A stretch of DNA of 64,000 nt from Octopus sinensis (GCF_006345805.1 NC_043013.1:5580001-5644000); one strand, 5' to 3'; shown: positions 51,586 to 63,709, counted from the stretch's first letter. Made by a program: numbers and translations. The notes: generated from the letters alone by a model not told the origin.

Positions 51586-51903
51586 TATATATATGTGTGT
51601 GTGTGTGTATATATATATATATTACGGTGATGTACTTGCATAGCAAGTGACCTGATCTGAGATCATGTGCTGGAACGAAAACAATTGCAGTGTGGAAGGT
51701 GTTTATAAGCCATTTAAAAACACACAAAAACCGTTAGATTCACTTCAACATTTAAATTTAATTTGCCAAAATATTTTCATCGATTTGAGATCGCGACCTG
51801 TTCACTGACAAAATTCTGGTAAATTAAATTTAAATGTTGAAGTGAATCTAACGGTGTTTGTGTTTCTTAAATGGCTTATAAATACCTTCCATGCTGCAAC
51901 TGT

Positions 51904-51944
<41 letters not shown>

Positions 51945-52570
51945 CGTCAGTGGATCATATATCCAAAAAGAAACCTACTCTAAAAGTTCAAGAAGTAATG
52001 TGAAGAAGCTAAATCCGTGTCTAGTCATAGTGTGACCAATGGTTTCACATCCTTAAGGCACATAGCTTTACTGATGACTCATCATTGGAGTCTGACCAGC
52101 ATTTCGTGGGTGTGAAACCATTGGTCACTCTTTGACTGGACACGTATTTAACTCCATATAAATAGATACATATTATTATACACACACATATATACAATTT
52201 CAGGTAATAGTCCCTGTGGTCAAACATACAAACCCACTGCTGCTGTGATGCCATTTATCATCTGGATTCCTCGTTGCCATAACCAATTATCAGACCCTTC
52301 TCTAACAAACCACACACACACAATTAACAAGCAGACAGCCTCCTCCTCCTCCACACCTTCACTTACTAACCCTGTCCCGCCTCCACCCCCAACACTCTAA
52401 TCTACCCTTGGTCGAAATAATTAGACATTTATTTCAAGTTTGTCAAAAATCTAGTTGAACTAGTTGATTGTTTGAAATGGTGGTATTTTTGTGCATCACT
52501 AGCGCCCCCTTGGTGCACAACCGGTGTTGATGCGTAGTCGAAACAGATGAATTTCTATGGTTTATTATTA

Positions 52571-52601
<31 letters not shown>

Positions 52602-53768
52602 TACAATCATCATCATCATCATCATTGCTATTATTATTATTGATAGTACTTAGGGTGGCAGTTTGGCTGAATTGTTATGGCGTTGGATCAAATGCTGGAA
52701 GGCATTTCATCCAGCTCTTTACATTCTGAGTTCAAATCCTCACTGAGGTCGACTTTGCCTTTCATCCTTCCGGATGGGATCAATAAAATAAAGTACCAGT
52801 CAAGTATTGAAGTGGAGTGCAGGGGTGTGATTTTTATCGAGTAAGCCTCTCTCCCCATCAAATCCATGGCCTTGTGCCTACACTAGAAACATCATTAAGA
52901 AGGCAGTGTGCTGGCAGAATCGTTAGCACGCCGGGCAAAATGCTTGGCAGTATTTCATCTCTCACTACGTTTTGAGTTCAAATTCTGCTGAGGTCAACTT
53001 TGCCTTTCATCCTTTCGGGGTCAATGAATTAAGTACTAGTTGCATGCTGGGAAGGGGGCCAGTTGATTAGACTGGCCCCCTTCCCCAAAAATTTCAGGCC
53101 TTGAGCCTATAGTAGAAAGGATTATTATTATTATTATTATTATTATTAAGAAGGAGGTGAGCTGGCAAAATTGCTTGGGAGTTGGGTGTAATGCTTAGTG
53201 GCATTTCGAGTTCAAATCCCACTGATGACAACTTCTCCTTTCATCCATCCGGAAGGAGTCAATAAAATAAAGTACCAGTCAAGTACTGGGGTTGATTTAA
53301 TCAACTAGCTCTCCCCCCCACTCCCGCCCTGAATTTGTGGCTCTGTGCCTACACTACAAATAATTATTACTATTATTATTATTATTATTAATTTATTAAT
53401 TATTATTTTCATGTCATCAACTGATTTGTCTTCACACAAAATGACTATCAAAATATAAAAAAAAAATGGTTTAAAAAAAAAGAAAAAAAAATTAAATCAA
53501 TACTAGAAAACAGAATAAAATCAATATTATATTTTTGTCTGTTTAAATTTATTTTGTTGTTTTGTTATGTTGCCTTTGTTGTTGTTGTTTAGCCCTGGGT
53601 CAGTCCTGATTGGGCTAGACCCATGATCCAAGGCTTTCCAGTTTTATGTTAGGCACAGGCTTGGCCATGTGATTAAGAAGCTTGCTTTGCTACCACAGTG
53701 TTTTGGGTTCAGTTTCATGTTGCAGCAATCTGTGAATTTGGTAAACAGAAACAAGGTGGAAACCCATT

Positions 53769-54242
53769 GTCTAATATAATAAATACAAATGTCTGTGTGT
53801 CACACTTTTTCAACTTTACTCCTAGAGGCCGTAGCCCAACATATACCATTTTGGAATTAGGCCGACTCCACGAGTAAGTTAAAAACTTTCTGGACCGAAT
53901 CCAGACCCGCAATCCTGAAATTTTGAATTCCCAAGTTTTCATTATTGCCATTGTTTTTGGCAATTTTTGTACATGATTTTTAACGACAAATTTTTTTGTA
54001 CAATAACAATTTTTATAACTTGGAAATAAATTTTGGGAATAATCAAAATTAATTGCAAAATCCAGCAATTATTTTTGGTGTTTTTTTTTTACGTGGTTTT
54101 TAGCAACAACTATGGTCATCATTGGGATATGACTTTGGAGGAAGCAATTGTAACAAATTCTCCAAAATGAGATCTGTTTGCAGATCTTCCCATTTAGGGT
54201 CAGTAGCTTAAAAGCCTCCTGATAGGGCAGCTTCTAAGCTAG
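53769..54242 (+). mobile_element. Possible non-autonomous Helitron-like element
   Basis: Starts TCTAATATAATAAAT and ends ...GGGCAGCTTCTAAGCTAG|T. The 5' flank is not A and no clear 3' hairpin is visible. Confidence 0.3.
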
Positions 54243-54429
54243 TATATATATATGTGTGTGTTTATGTCTGTCCCCCACCCTTTACAACCAGTGTTGGTTT
54301 GTTTACATCCCTATAACTTAGTTTAGCAAAAGTACCATACTTGAAAAAAATATAAGTACTTGGGTCAATCTCTTTGACTGAAACAAATAAAAGATTTTCT
54401 TAAAAAATGTGAATGTCTTGGACTACACT

Positions 54430-55200
54430 GTCTAATGCAGAATTTCCCAACCTTGGTTTCCAGGAATCCTACCATTCTGCAAGAGTACAAAGCTTTGCCA
54501 CACAATGTGAAAATTAGCAAACTTAGGATAATGAACAGTGTATCCCTCCTGTGTGAACCCTATGAAACAAGAAGATATGCAGTTCTCTGGATATGAGCAG
54601 AAAGATAGGGTTTGAGTAATGATGCCAGTGGAACCTGTCCTAGATACCAAAGTAAACACCGGAAGAGTATACAGAGGATTTGTGGGAAAGCAGGGTGAAC
54701 ACATGGTATAAGGCTGATAAATATCAAGGAGTGATGTTTGTAGAGGCCACACTCCGTGGGGAGTTCACCTGTAGTTTTAGGGAGGCTATGAAGGACATCA
54801 AACTTAACATTAAGATTGTTGGGAAACCAAGGAAGTCCATCAGATTGTAGTTATTTAGGACATAACCCTTTGACAATGCCACATGCACAGGTAGGAACTG
54901 TGTGGTATGTAACTTAAACACCAGGATCGACTGTAAAAGTAGGAACACATTTTACAGCATAAGTTACATGGAAGAGGTTTGTAAGGACAGGAACACTGCA
55001 TACATTGGGGAGACATCTGTGAGTCTAGTGGAAAGACTAAACAAACACTGGGGAGAGTATAATGATGGGAAACAGTTGTCCATATGTTCTCTGCATGCCG
55101 AAACCAACATGGCAACATGCTGGGGTGAATTAACATCTATATTTTGTCCAAACACTCAAGGGGTCTATCACTTAAACAAATATTAGAGTATGACCTCATA
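54430..55200 (+). mobile_element. Penelope-like element remnant, GIY-YIG endonuclease region
   Basis: CTGRNCVVCNL...CKSRNTFYSISY...AYIGETSVSLVERLNKH matches the PLE Cys-rich linker plus GIY-YIG pattern. Confidence 0.75.
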
Positions 55201-55890
55201 AATGAAACATTACCCCTACTGAATAGGAAATACATGTAGGAGGTAGAGATACCTCAATGCCACTGATACCACCCATAAGGTGTGCATCTGTGTGGACAGG
55301 TAGGTAAGCAGGTACATGGATATATACATAGACAGATGGGTAGGTAGTTAGCTAGGTGTTTATGTTAGGTAGGTGGGGAGGGTGGTAGATAGATAAATAG
55401 GTAGGTAGGTAAATGGGTAGTATGGTCAGATATGTACATACATGCTCAAGACCACAACCACACACACACATACATAAGCATGTGCATGCACATATTCAAG
55501 CTCAGGCACACACACACACACAAATAAGTACAGCCACACACACACACAAGGACACAGGAACACAACCATACACATGCACAAACTCACGCATAAAAAAAAC
55601 ATGCATACGAACACACACACCTACCATATTTTCCTGTCTGTTCCTCTCTTCCCCCACAGGAAAGAACTACACCCTAAACACCCCTGACACCCCACACCAT
55701 AAACCCATACAGCAGGCGTAAGACAAAAACAAAATGATAAATTAGATTTAATTTTATTTTAAGGTGCTTACCAACCACATGGTTCCTGGTTCAGTCCAAC
55801 TGCATGGCACCTTGGGCAAGTGCTTTCTACTGAGCAAAGCCTTGTGAGTAGATTTGGTAGAAGGAAACTGAAAGAAGCCCATATTATATA

Positions 55891-56121
55891 CGGTGTTCAA
55901 AAAATTTCTCTGCAGTAAGTATTTAATGGTTTTTGAGCAATTCTTGTACACTGATCCTTTACTTTATTCCACAGAAAAAAAAGTCTAGCGGTGTTAAATC
56001 AGGTGATCTTAGTGGCCAAAGTCCCTTCGAAATAATCTGTTCTCTGAAAAGATCTTGAAGTAGTGCCATTGTAAAGTACAGGATGGAAAAAATTCACTGC
56101 AGAGACTTTTTGAACACCCTG
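55891..56121 (-). mobile_element. IS630-Tc1-mariner deletion derivative
   Basis: TIRs GGTGTTCAAAAA..TCTCTGCAGT / ACTGCAGAGA.TTTTTGAACACC; internal minus-strand WPLRSPDLTPLDFF motif. Confidence 0.8.
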
Positions 56122-57139
56122 TGTGTGTATATATATATATATAGATGAGAAAGTTGGTTTGTGAAAGCACGTGGTTGAATATATAGAAAATAGTAAAAAG
56201 TGAAAAAACTACAGAAGGCTTGTTTTAAAAGGTTAAAAAATATATATTTGAGTCAATATGTCTGAAGAATATTATAAATTTTTTTCTTACAATGACATAG
56301 TTTAGAAGAAATGACCGGTTTCGCGTTCAGCTTTTCAAATTTCTTATTTCTTCTAAACTATGTCATTGTAAGAAAAAAATTTATAATATTCTTCAGACAT
56401 ATTGACTCAAATATATATTCTTTAACCTTTTAAAACAAGCCTTCTGTAGTTTTTTACTTTTTACAATTTTCTATATATATATATATGCCTTATATATGAG
56501 GAGCTGCTGAAAGTTCCTAGCTTTGGGTAAAAGAAGAAACAGGAAGATTTTATTCAATATATTCCCTTCTCAGATTCACACACTTATTGCAGCGGTCCTT
56601 CAGTTTTTCTAATCCTTGTAAAAGAACTTGGAAGGCTGGGCCTCCAACCAAGCCTTTCGTGACACCCTTAAAGCCAGGAACTTTTCAGCACTCCCTCTTA
56701 TATATGTTTTTGTGTCGGTGTTTGTCCCCCGCCACTGCTTGACAACTTGTGTTAGTTTGTTTGTGGTTCAGCAATAAGGCCAATAGAATCCGTACCAAGC
56801 TTAAAAAAAGTAAGTCCTGCAGTCAATTTGTTCAACTGAAATTCTTCAAGGTGGTGCCACAATCAAATGACTGAAGCAAATAGATAAAAGATATGTATGT
56901 CAGATACCCTGATATTACCCAGGGTGGCAAAAGCATACTTCCAAAGTTACCTATCATATGACAGCAATATATATACATATATAGAAAAAAGCGAAAGGGG
57001 TACAGTGAACTTGCTGTGAGGAGTGGAATATCCAATGTTCGGGATTCAGTCCTTCATCAGGGGGCAGAGAAAAAAAATCAGTTTCAGCCAGTTTTTCAAG
57101 CTGAGAGGATGTAAATTCTGTTTGACTTTACAGTTCTAT

Positions 57140-57380
57140 GGGCATATGGCATAGTGGTTAAGAGCGCGGGCTACTAACCCCAAGATTCCAAGTTCGATTC
57201 CAGGCAGTTACCTGAATAATAATAACAATAATAATAATAACATCGAAAAATACCTTAGGAATGAGAACCCAGGTTCAAAATTTCCCCAAGACTCCTGAAG
57301 AAGGATGGAGGATATATCAGCCAAAACGTGTTAACAAACAAGATGAGGACAAATATCCATCAAATGTAAATAATGTAAAT
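57140..57380 (+). mobile_element. tRNA-derived SINE family C
   Basis: A box TGGCATAGTGG, B box GTTCGATTCC, (AATGTAAAT)n tail; flanked by the repeated ATGTAAAT(T)CTGTTTGACT. Confidence 0.75.
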
Positions 57381-57549
57381 CTGTTTGACTGTTTCCTCTT
57401 TTTCCCTGCCCCCTAATGAAGGATTGAATCTGAAACATTGGATATTCCACTCCTCACAGCAAGTTCACTGTACCCTTTTCACTTTTTTCTATATTTTTTC
57501 AAGTCTTGCTGACACAGAGCTACTAGATTATAAGCATATATATACGGGA

Positions 57550-57770
57550 TGAGATACTGCAACAACTTGGGTTTCAAGGGATCCTTCCAAAATGCCTGAG
57601 AGACCTGCATGGGTGTGGATGTAGGTGTCTTCAGAACAAAGCTGGATCTCCTCCTGTCAAGGGTTCCAGATGAACCTATCTCATGGTAGGAAACCCAGAT
57701 GAGGGCAGCAGCATCAAACTCCCTCATTCACCAAATGCCACACATCAGAGGAGGTTTCAAATAATGAAGG
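57550..57770 (+). mobile_element. CR1-group LINE C-terminal fragment
   Basis: VFRTKLDLLLSRVPDEP...RAAASNSLIHQ. Confidence 0.65.
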
Positions 57771-58629
57771 TGTAGCACAGCCAAATGTGGTGCCCCAGCA
57801 TGGCCGCAGCTTTGGAGCTGAAACAGGTTAAAGAGTGTGTGTGTGTGTGTGTATAAGTGGACAAGCGAAAGAAAGAGGCACTCTGCACGTCTAGTAGGAG
57901 TCACGTATATTATTATCTAAAACAGTCTGATTCACCTCCGTGCAACTTCAAGTTTTATGTGTGTGTGTGTGTATATTCTACAAAACTTACATAGCACATC
58001 AGAAATCAGATGGCAAGATTACAAAACCTGTAGAGAGAGTAAGATTGAAATACTTAGTGTAACATCAACTGAAGACTCTATATATATAGGAAGGGTATCC
58101 AACTGTAAAAATCCTGCCAAAACAGTCACAGAAGTTTGGTACAGGCTTTGGTGGTACCGTCCCACCCATGCGAGCACGGAAGACGGATGCTAAGCGATGA
58201 TGATGATGATTATCATTATTATTACTATATATATAAATTGTGGGACGGTACCACAAGAGCTGGCCAGGCCAAAGCCTGTACCAAACTTCTGTGATTGTTT
58301 TGGCAGGATTTTTACAGTTGGATGCCCTTCCTTACACCAACCACTCAGCAGGGTGGACAAAGTGCTTTTTACATGGCACAAGCACAGGTGAGTTGAGAGT
58401 GCTAATAATAATAATAATAATAATAATCCATGGATGGAATTCATAGATATTCTAATGCATTGTTATGCATGTAGCAATGCATTAAATATTATTATTATAG
58501 TTATCCTACATTATATCAGCACAGCTCGGTACAACCCCAAAAACTGTTATTGCCAGTTGGTAACATTAAGTTGTAGCTGACATAACAAATAGGAGCTTCT
58601 ATATAGATATTCAAAAATATTTCCTTTAA

Positions 58630-59003
58630 CCCTTTTGTTACTGTATTTATTTTGAGATGCTCTGTGATTCTTTCAGTTACTTTAAATATAACAAAGAATT
58701 TAGTAAATTAACTTAGTTATCATTAAGCTAGTGTTAAGAACATAAATTGTGACTAAGGTTTAGTGGAAGATTTTAATTCAAAACTTATGAAAACAAGACA
58801 TTTGTACTGCAGAGCCAGAGCCGGTTTCAGCCAGATTGGTAACAAAAGGGTTAAATTAATCATTTGTTAACCCTTTTGTTACCATATTTCTGTTGAGATG
58901 CTCTGTGTTTCTTTCAGTTTTAAATATAACAAAAAATTTAGTAAAATAACTTAGTTATCATTCAGCTAGTGTTAGGAACATAAATTATGACTAAGGTTTT
59001 GGT
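58630..59003 (-). mobile_element. piggyBac-type MITE family A: full copy 58630-58850 plus partial copy from 58871
   Basis: Reverse complement of the 1709-type element; TTAA TSDs. Confidence 0.8.
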
Positions 59004-60285
59004 GGTGCCACGTAAAAAGCATCCAATCTACACTGTAAAGTGGTTGGCATTTGGAAGGGCCTCCAGCTGTAAAAATCTTGCCAAAACTATCCTTGCCTGT
59101 ACAGGTGCCATGTAAAAAGCACCCAGCACACCCTGTAAATTGGTTGATATTAGGAAGGGCATCCTGCCATAAAAACCTTGCCAAAACAAGCAGAGTAGCA
59201 TAGGGTAGTTTTTCTACCTGGCCAGTGCCTGTGACCCGTCCTACCCATGCATGCATGGAAGATGGACGTTAAATGATGATGATGATGATTGTATATTCTT
59301 TTATTCTTTTACTTGTTTTGGTCATTTGACTGCAGCCAGGCTGGAGCTCTGCCTTTAGTCAAACAAATCGACCCCAGGACTTATTCTTTGTAAGCCTAAT
59401 ACTTATTCTATCGGTCTGTTTTGCCGAACCGCTAACTTATTAGGACGTAAACACACCAGCATCGGTTGTCAAGTGATGGTGGGGGGACAAACAGAGACAC
59501 ACAAATACACACATACATATAAATATATAAGGCAGATAAAATCCTAAGTAAATCTACCCCCACCCATACCTAATATTCAATTGCAATAGTAAGCACTTGG
59601 CTATAAATACTTAGGTACACATCCAGTAGTATATTGATATTTAATATCCTTTAAATGGTTGCTTAACCTCTAACTCATACAGACAGATATATGTACATAT
59701 ATATATATACATATATATATATACACATGACAGGCTTCTTTCAGTTTCCGTCTACGAAATCCACTCACAAGGCTTAGGTCGTCCTGAGGCTACAGTAGAA
59801 AACACTTGCCCAAGGTGACATGCAGTGGAACTGAACCTGGAACCATGTGGTTGGGAAGCAAGCTTCTTACTACACAGCCTCTCCTGCACACACACACACA
59901 TACATATATATATATTTGTTTATTTATCTATATTGTGTACTTCCAAGCAAGCTAATATTTTTCTATGACTGGACATATTTTCATGAAAGACTGGAAGCAA
60001 ACAACACTGCTGGTATGACAGTGACACTTGTCTACAGCCATCATTTAATGTCAAGACAACAGGACGAACACACACATGCACAAATATGTATGTACATACA
60101 ATAGGCTTCTTTCAGTTTCCATCTACTATAGACCCTGGCTGGCTTGGGGCTAGAGCAGAAGACACTTGCCCAAAGTGTGGTACAGTGAGATTGAACCTGA
60201 ACTCATGTAATTGAGAAGCAAACTTCTTTACCACACAGCCATTCTTGTACCTGGTTACGATCAACAAGATTATGATCAAATTTAG

Positions 60286-60600
60286 CTTACTTACTTATGA
60301 CAGCCCATCAAAGGTGGTGACAGCATTGAGCCGAGACATTCGCCCTCCTCCACCGCCAGCACATTCTTTTGTCATGGGGCCACATGTGGTTGGCAAGACT
60401 GATACAAGATAGGCAGATCCTGTGGTACTAAGGGCACTGAAAGTGACTCCAGAACAACAGCTGTAGAGGGTTGATGATAATGTCTTCTCGCCTCTTCACA
60501 CAGTCTCCTGTGTTCAGCTCTGACATCATACACAGACCTCCATGCTTTCCAATTAACAGCCAGGGGCTCCAAACGATAATATTACAGTAATTAAAAACTG
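60286..60600 (-). mobile_element. RTE-type LINE 3' fragment with (TAAG)n tail
   Basis: Minus strand WEPLAVNWKAWRSV...RRLCEEARR; ends CATAAGTAAGTAAG. Confidence 0.55.
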
Positions 60601-61260
60601 AAGGTGTAACAATATTTTTTATAAATGTTATACAGGTATGTATGGTTTAAGGGGAAATACTTCTTAAGGAGATTAAAAAAGATTTATTTATCTATCCACT
60701 CACTAGTGCAGATAGCCATCATAGCTAACCATCAATGGCCAATCAGCCTTACTGATTGATGGGGGGGGGGGGGGCAGAGTATATTGAACCCAATATTCGA
60801 TTGATGTTTTATTTTGCAAATGGAAAAAGGACACATACAATCAATTAGACTGGAATCTGATGCAGCCCTGATCAAACCATCCAACCCATGTCAACATGGA
60901 CAATGAATGTTAAATGATGATGGCGCAGGAGTGGCTGTGTGGTAAGTAGCTTGCTAACCAACCACATGGTTCCGGGTTTAGTCCCACTGCGTAGCATCTT
61001 GGGCAAGTGTCTTCTGCTACAGCCTCGGGCCAACCAATGCCTTGTGAGTGGATTTGGTAGATGGAAACTGAAAGAAGCCTGTCGTATATATGTATATATA
61101 TATGTGTATGTTTGTGTGTCTGTGTTTGTTCCCCTAGCATTGCTTGACAAACGATGCTGGTGTGTTTATCCTGTTGGGATTATCCAATCTGTTGCTGACC
61201 AGTTGTGATTATTGTTAGAAGTTGAAGAGTTAAGGAGAGGTGGGGAATATACACTAGCTA

Positions 61261-61500
61261 TAGTGATGATGATGATGTGTGTGTGTGTGTGTGTCAATGA
61301 CGATGAGGAGGAGGAGGAGGAGGAGGATAGTGGTGGTGGTGGTTGTGGCGATAGGGACTGTGATAATGATGACGACGATGACAGTGGTGGTATTAGTGGT
61401 AACTATTCAACCCTAATTTTTAGGTAAATAGTGGTATGGCAATGGTAATGATTGAGGGGAAGGAGGAGGAGTAGGTGGTGGCGGCGGTAGTGGTAGCAGC
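61261..61500 (+). repeat. Mixed (GAT)n/(GAG)n/(GGT)n trinucleotide array
   Basis: Direct inspection. Confidence 0.85.
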
Positions 61501-61959
61501 AGCTCTGTCCCATCCTCGCTGCATCCCCACCCCACACCCCACCACCTGCCATTTTTATAATCTGAGTAATGACCCAATAAAGAGTAACGACCTAATTTAA
61601 AATTTGAATCAGGTCAACAAACAATCCTACTAATTATCACATTTCAATTAATTAATTAATTACTATTATGTCCTGTTTTTATTTAAAAGTTTATTTGTAT
61701 AGTTTGGTTATTATTGCATTTAATATATTAGTAACCATAACAACAAGTGCTGTCATTAATATTGTTGTTGTTGCTGTTGTTGTTTAACCCCAGGTCAGCC
61801 TAATCAAGTCGATCTATGAGTAAACACATTCCACCCATGGCTTTCCTGCTTTGTTCCAATTTGCAAGGAACCAAAGATCACAGTGCCCAATATGTCCTGC
61901 CCTCCATCGGTCACTTGTCACATTCTCAACATCTTGTTTTTCTGAGAATTGACATGATT

Positions 61960-62176
61960 GACCCTTTGGCATTCAGATCACTCTGTCAAATTTAATATTT
62001 ATTATTTTGCATTGTTTTGAATTAATCCTGCATTATCTTATGGTTTTGAGATTTCAATGATGTGATTGAATATTTTTAGAATTACATTGTAGAGTAGGTG
62101 TAAGAGGCTGGATCTGGCCAGTTTTACCAGAAAACAAGTAAAATACTTGGGCTGGTTTGTATGCGAAAGGGTTTAA
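61960..62176 (-). mobile_element. TTAA-ended MITE family B
   Basis: Aligns with 10397-10608. Confidence 0.65.
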
Positions 62177-62243
62177 TCAAACTGTCCTTCCCCGCCCCAC
62201 TTGCACTTCTTTTTAATTAACTTTAAAAAAACTTAGCCAACCC

Positions 62244-62659
62244 AGGCGCAGGAGTGGCTGTGTGGTAAGTAGCTTGCTAACCAACGACATGGTTCTGGGT
62301 TCAGTCCCACTGCGTGGCATCTTGGGCGAGTGTCTTCTGCTATAGCCCCGGGCCGACCAATGCCTTGTGAGTGGATTTGGTAGACGGAAACTGAAAGAAG
62401 CCCGTCGTATATATGTATATATATATATGTGTGTGTGTTTGTGTGTCTGTGTTTGTTCCCCTAGCATTGCTTGACAACCGATGCTGGTGTGTTTACGTCC
62501 CCGTCACTTAGCGGTTCGGCAAAAAGAGACCGATAGAATAAGTACTGGGCCTACAAAAAGAATAAGTCCTGGGGTCGAGTTGCTCGACTAAAGGCAGTGC
62601 TCCAGCATGGCCGCAGTCAAATGACTGAAACAAGTAAAAGAGTAAAAGAGTAAAAGAGT
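62244..62659 (+). mobile_element. SINE family A, young full-length copy
   Basis: (AAAAGAGT)n tail; short TSD AACCC. Partial copies at 60922-61168 (+), 59298-59885 (-, interrupted), 6255-6390 (-), 28050-28200, 42450-42610 (-). Confidence 0.88.
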
Positions 62660-62929
62660 AACCCTTCTGTACTCACCCAGGCTTGTAAAAGGATGGAACT
62701 GAATACCACTAGGCATTTTCTATGGTATTCTATCAATCCATTTGAGCATATAACAGGAAGAATATTTCAGTTTGCATGCTAAAGGGTTGTTTCAATGTTT
62801 AGCTTCTGACTCAGTCAAAACCCACAAGATTATCCACCCTCTTTCCAACAACTTTGACCCATTTTTGAATTCAGTATCTCTACCACCTGTAGGCATGCTT
62901 ATAAAATAAAAAAACAGCAGAGTATCCAT

Positions 62930-63045
62930 GATATTCAGAATAGTGAAAACATGGAATAAAGTATCCACTTTAATTGCTAGCTGGCAGGACACTGCATCCT
63001 TCAAACATTCCAGGCTCCCTAAAATTCACCAACACTATTCCTGTA
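62930..63045 (+). mobile_element. Second CR1/L2 3' fragment, same family as 4080-4290
   Basis: RIVKTWNKVSTLIASWQDTASFKHSRLPKIHQHYS aligns with the 4150-4270 translation. Confidence 0.65.
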
Positions 63046-63054
63046 ATTAGATAT

Positions 63055-63140
63055 GACCTGGCCACCCTTATAGTTAATCAGGTTGTCCACAAGGGAGCCA
63101 TACCCGACAACTGGTGTAGCAGCATTATTTTGTAAAGACC
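63055..63140 (+). mobile_element. Short RTE RT N-terminal fragment
   Basis: DLATLIVNQVVHKGAIPDNWCSSII resembles the RTE '..GVIPNDWCSSIIV' region. Confidence 0.5.
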
Positions 63141-63465
63141 CCCTTTGGTCATGAATAACCATGGGATAGCACCTAGAAAGTTATCCTCCGAGACACAAGT
63201 CCAGGCAAGGTTGTTTGTGGAAGACCAGCAATGAACCATGCATACCAGTCTTTTTTCTCCACATCACCGATGTTATTGTCCGAGCAAAAGACAAAGGCTG
63301 ATGTGGCGTGGCACTACTGATGTCACAACTCATTTCTACAGCTGAGTGAACTGAAGCAATGTGAAAATAAAGTGTCTTGCTCAAGAACACAACATGCAGC
63401 CTGGTGCAGGAAGCGAACTCACACACACACACCACACATGTATATATGCGTATGTATATGTATAT

Positions 63466-63509
<44 letters not shown>

Positions 63510-63574
63510 ATATGTATGTGTATATATATATATATAAGAGAGCAAAAAACTCATGCACACAAATATGTGTGCAG

Positions 63575-63638
63575 TAGTATAGTGTAAGTATCCCCACCTG
63601 TCATGCAGGAGACTGGGGTTTGATTCCCTGATGGGGAG
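63575..63638 (+). pseudogene. tRNA-Asp(GTC) pseudogene / SINE head
   Basis: Aligns to canonical eukaryotic tRNA-Asp (TAGTATAGTGGT.AGTATCCCCGCCTGTCACGCGGGAGACCGGGGTTCGATTCCCCGACGGGGAG), anticodon GTC at 63600-63602. 5' acceptor strand lost; all CpGs mutated. Confidence 0.85.
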
Positions 63639-63709
63639 GCACATACTTTCACTGGTGATGCCTCAGCATGGCCACAGCCTTGGGGCTGAAACATAAAAGA
63701 ACAAAAGAA

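Noticed and set aside
57140-57212. Functional tRNA gene
   Set aside because: Has A and B boxes but no clean cloverleaf and continues into a SINE body and tail
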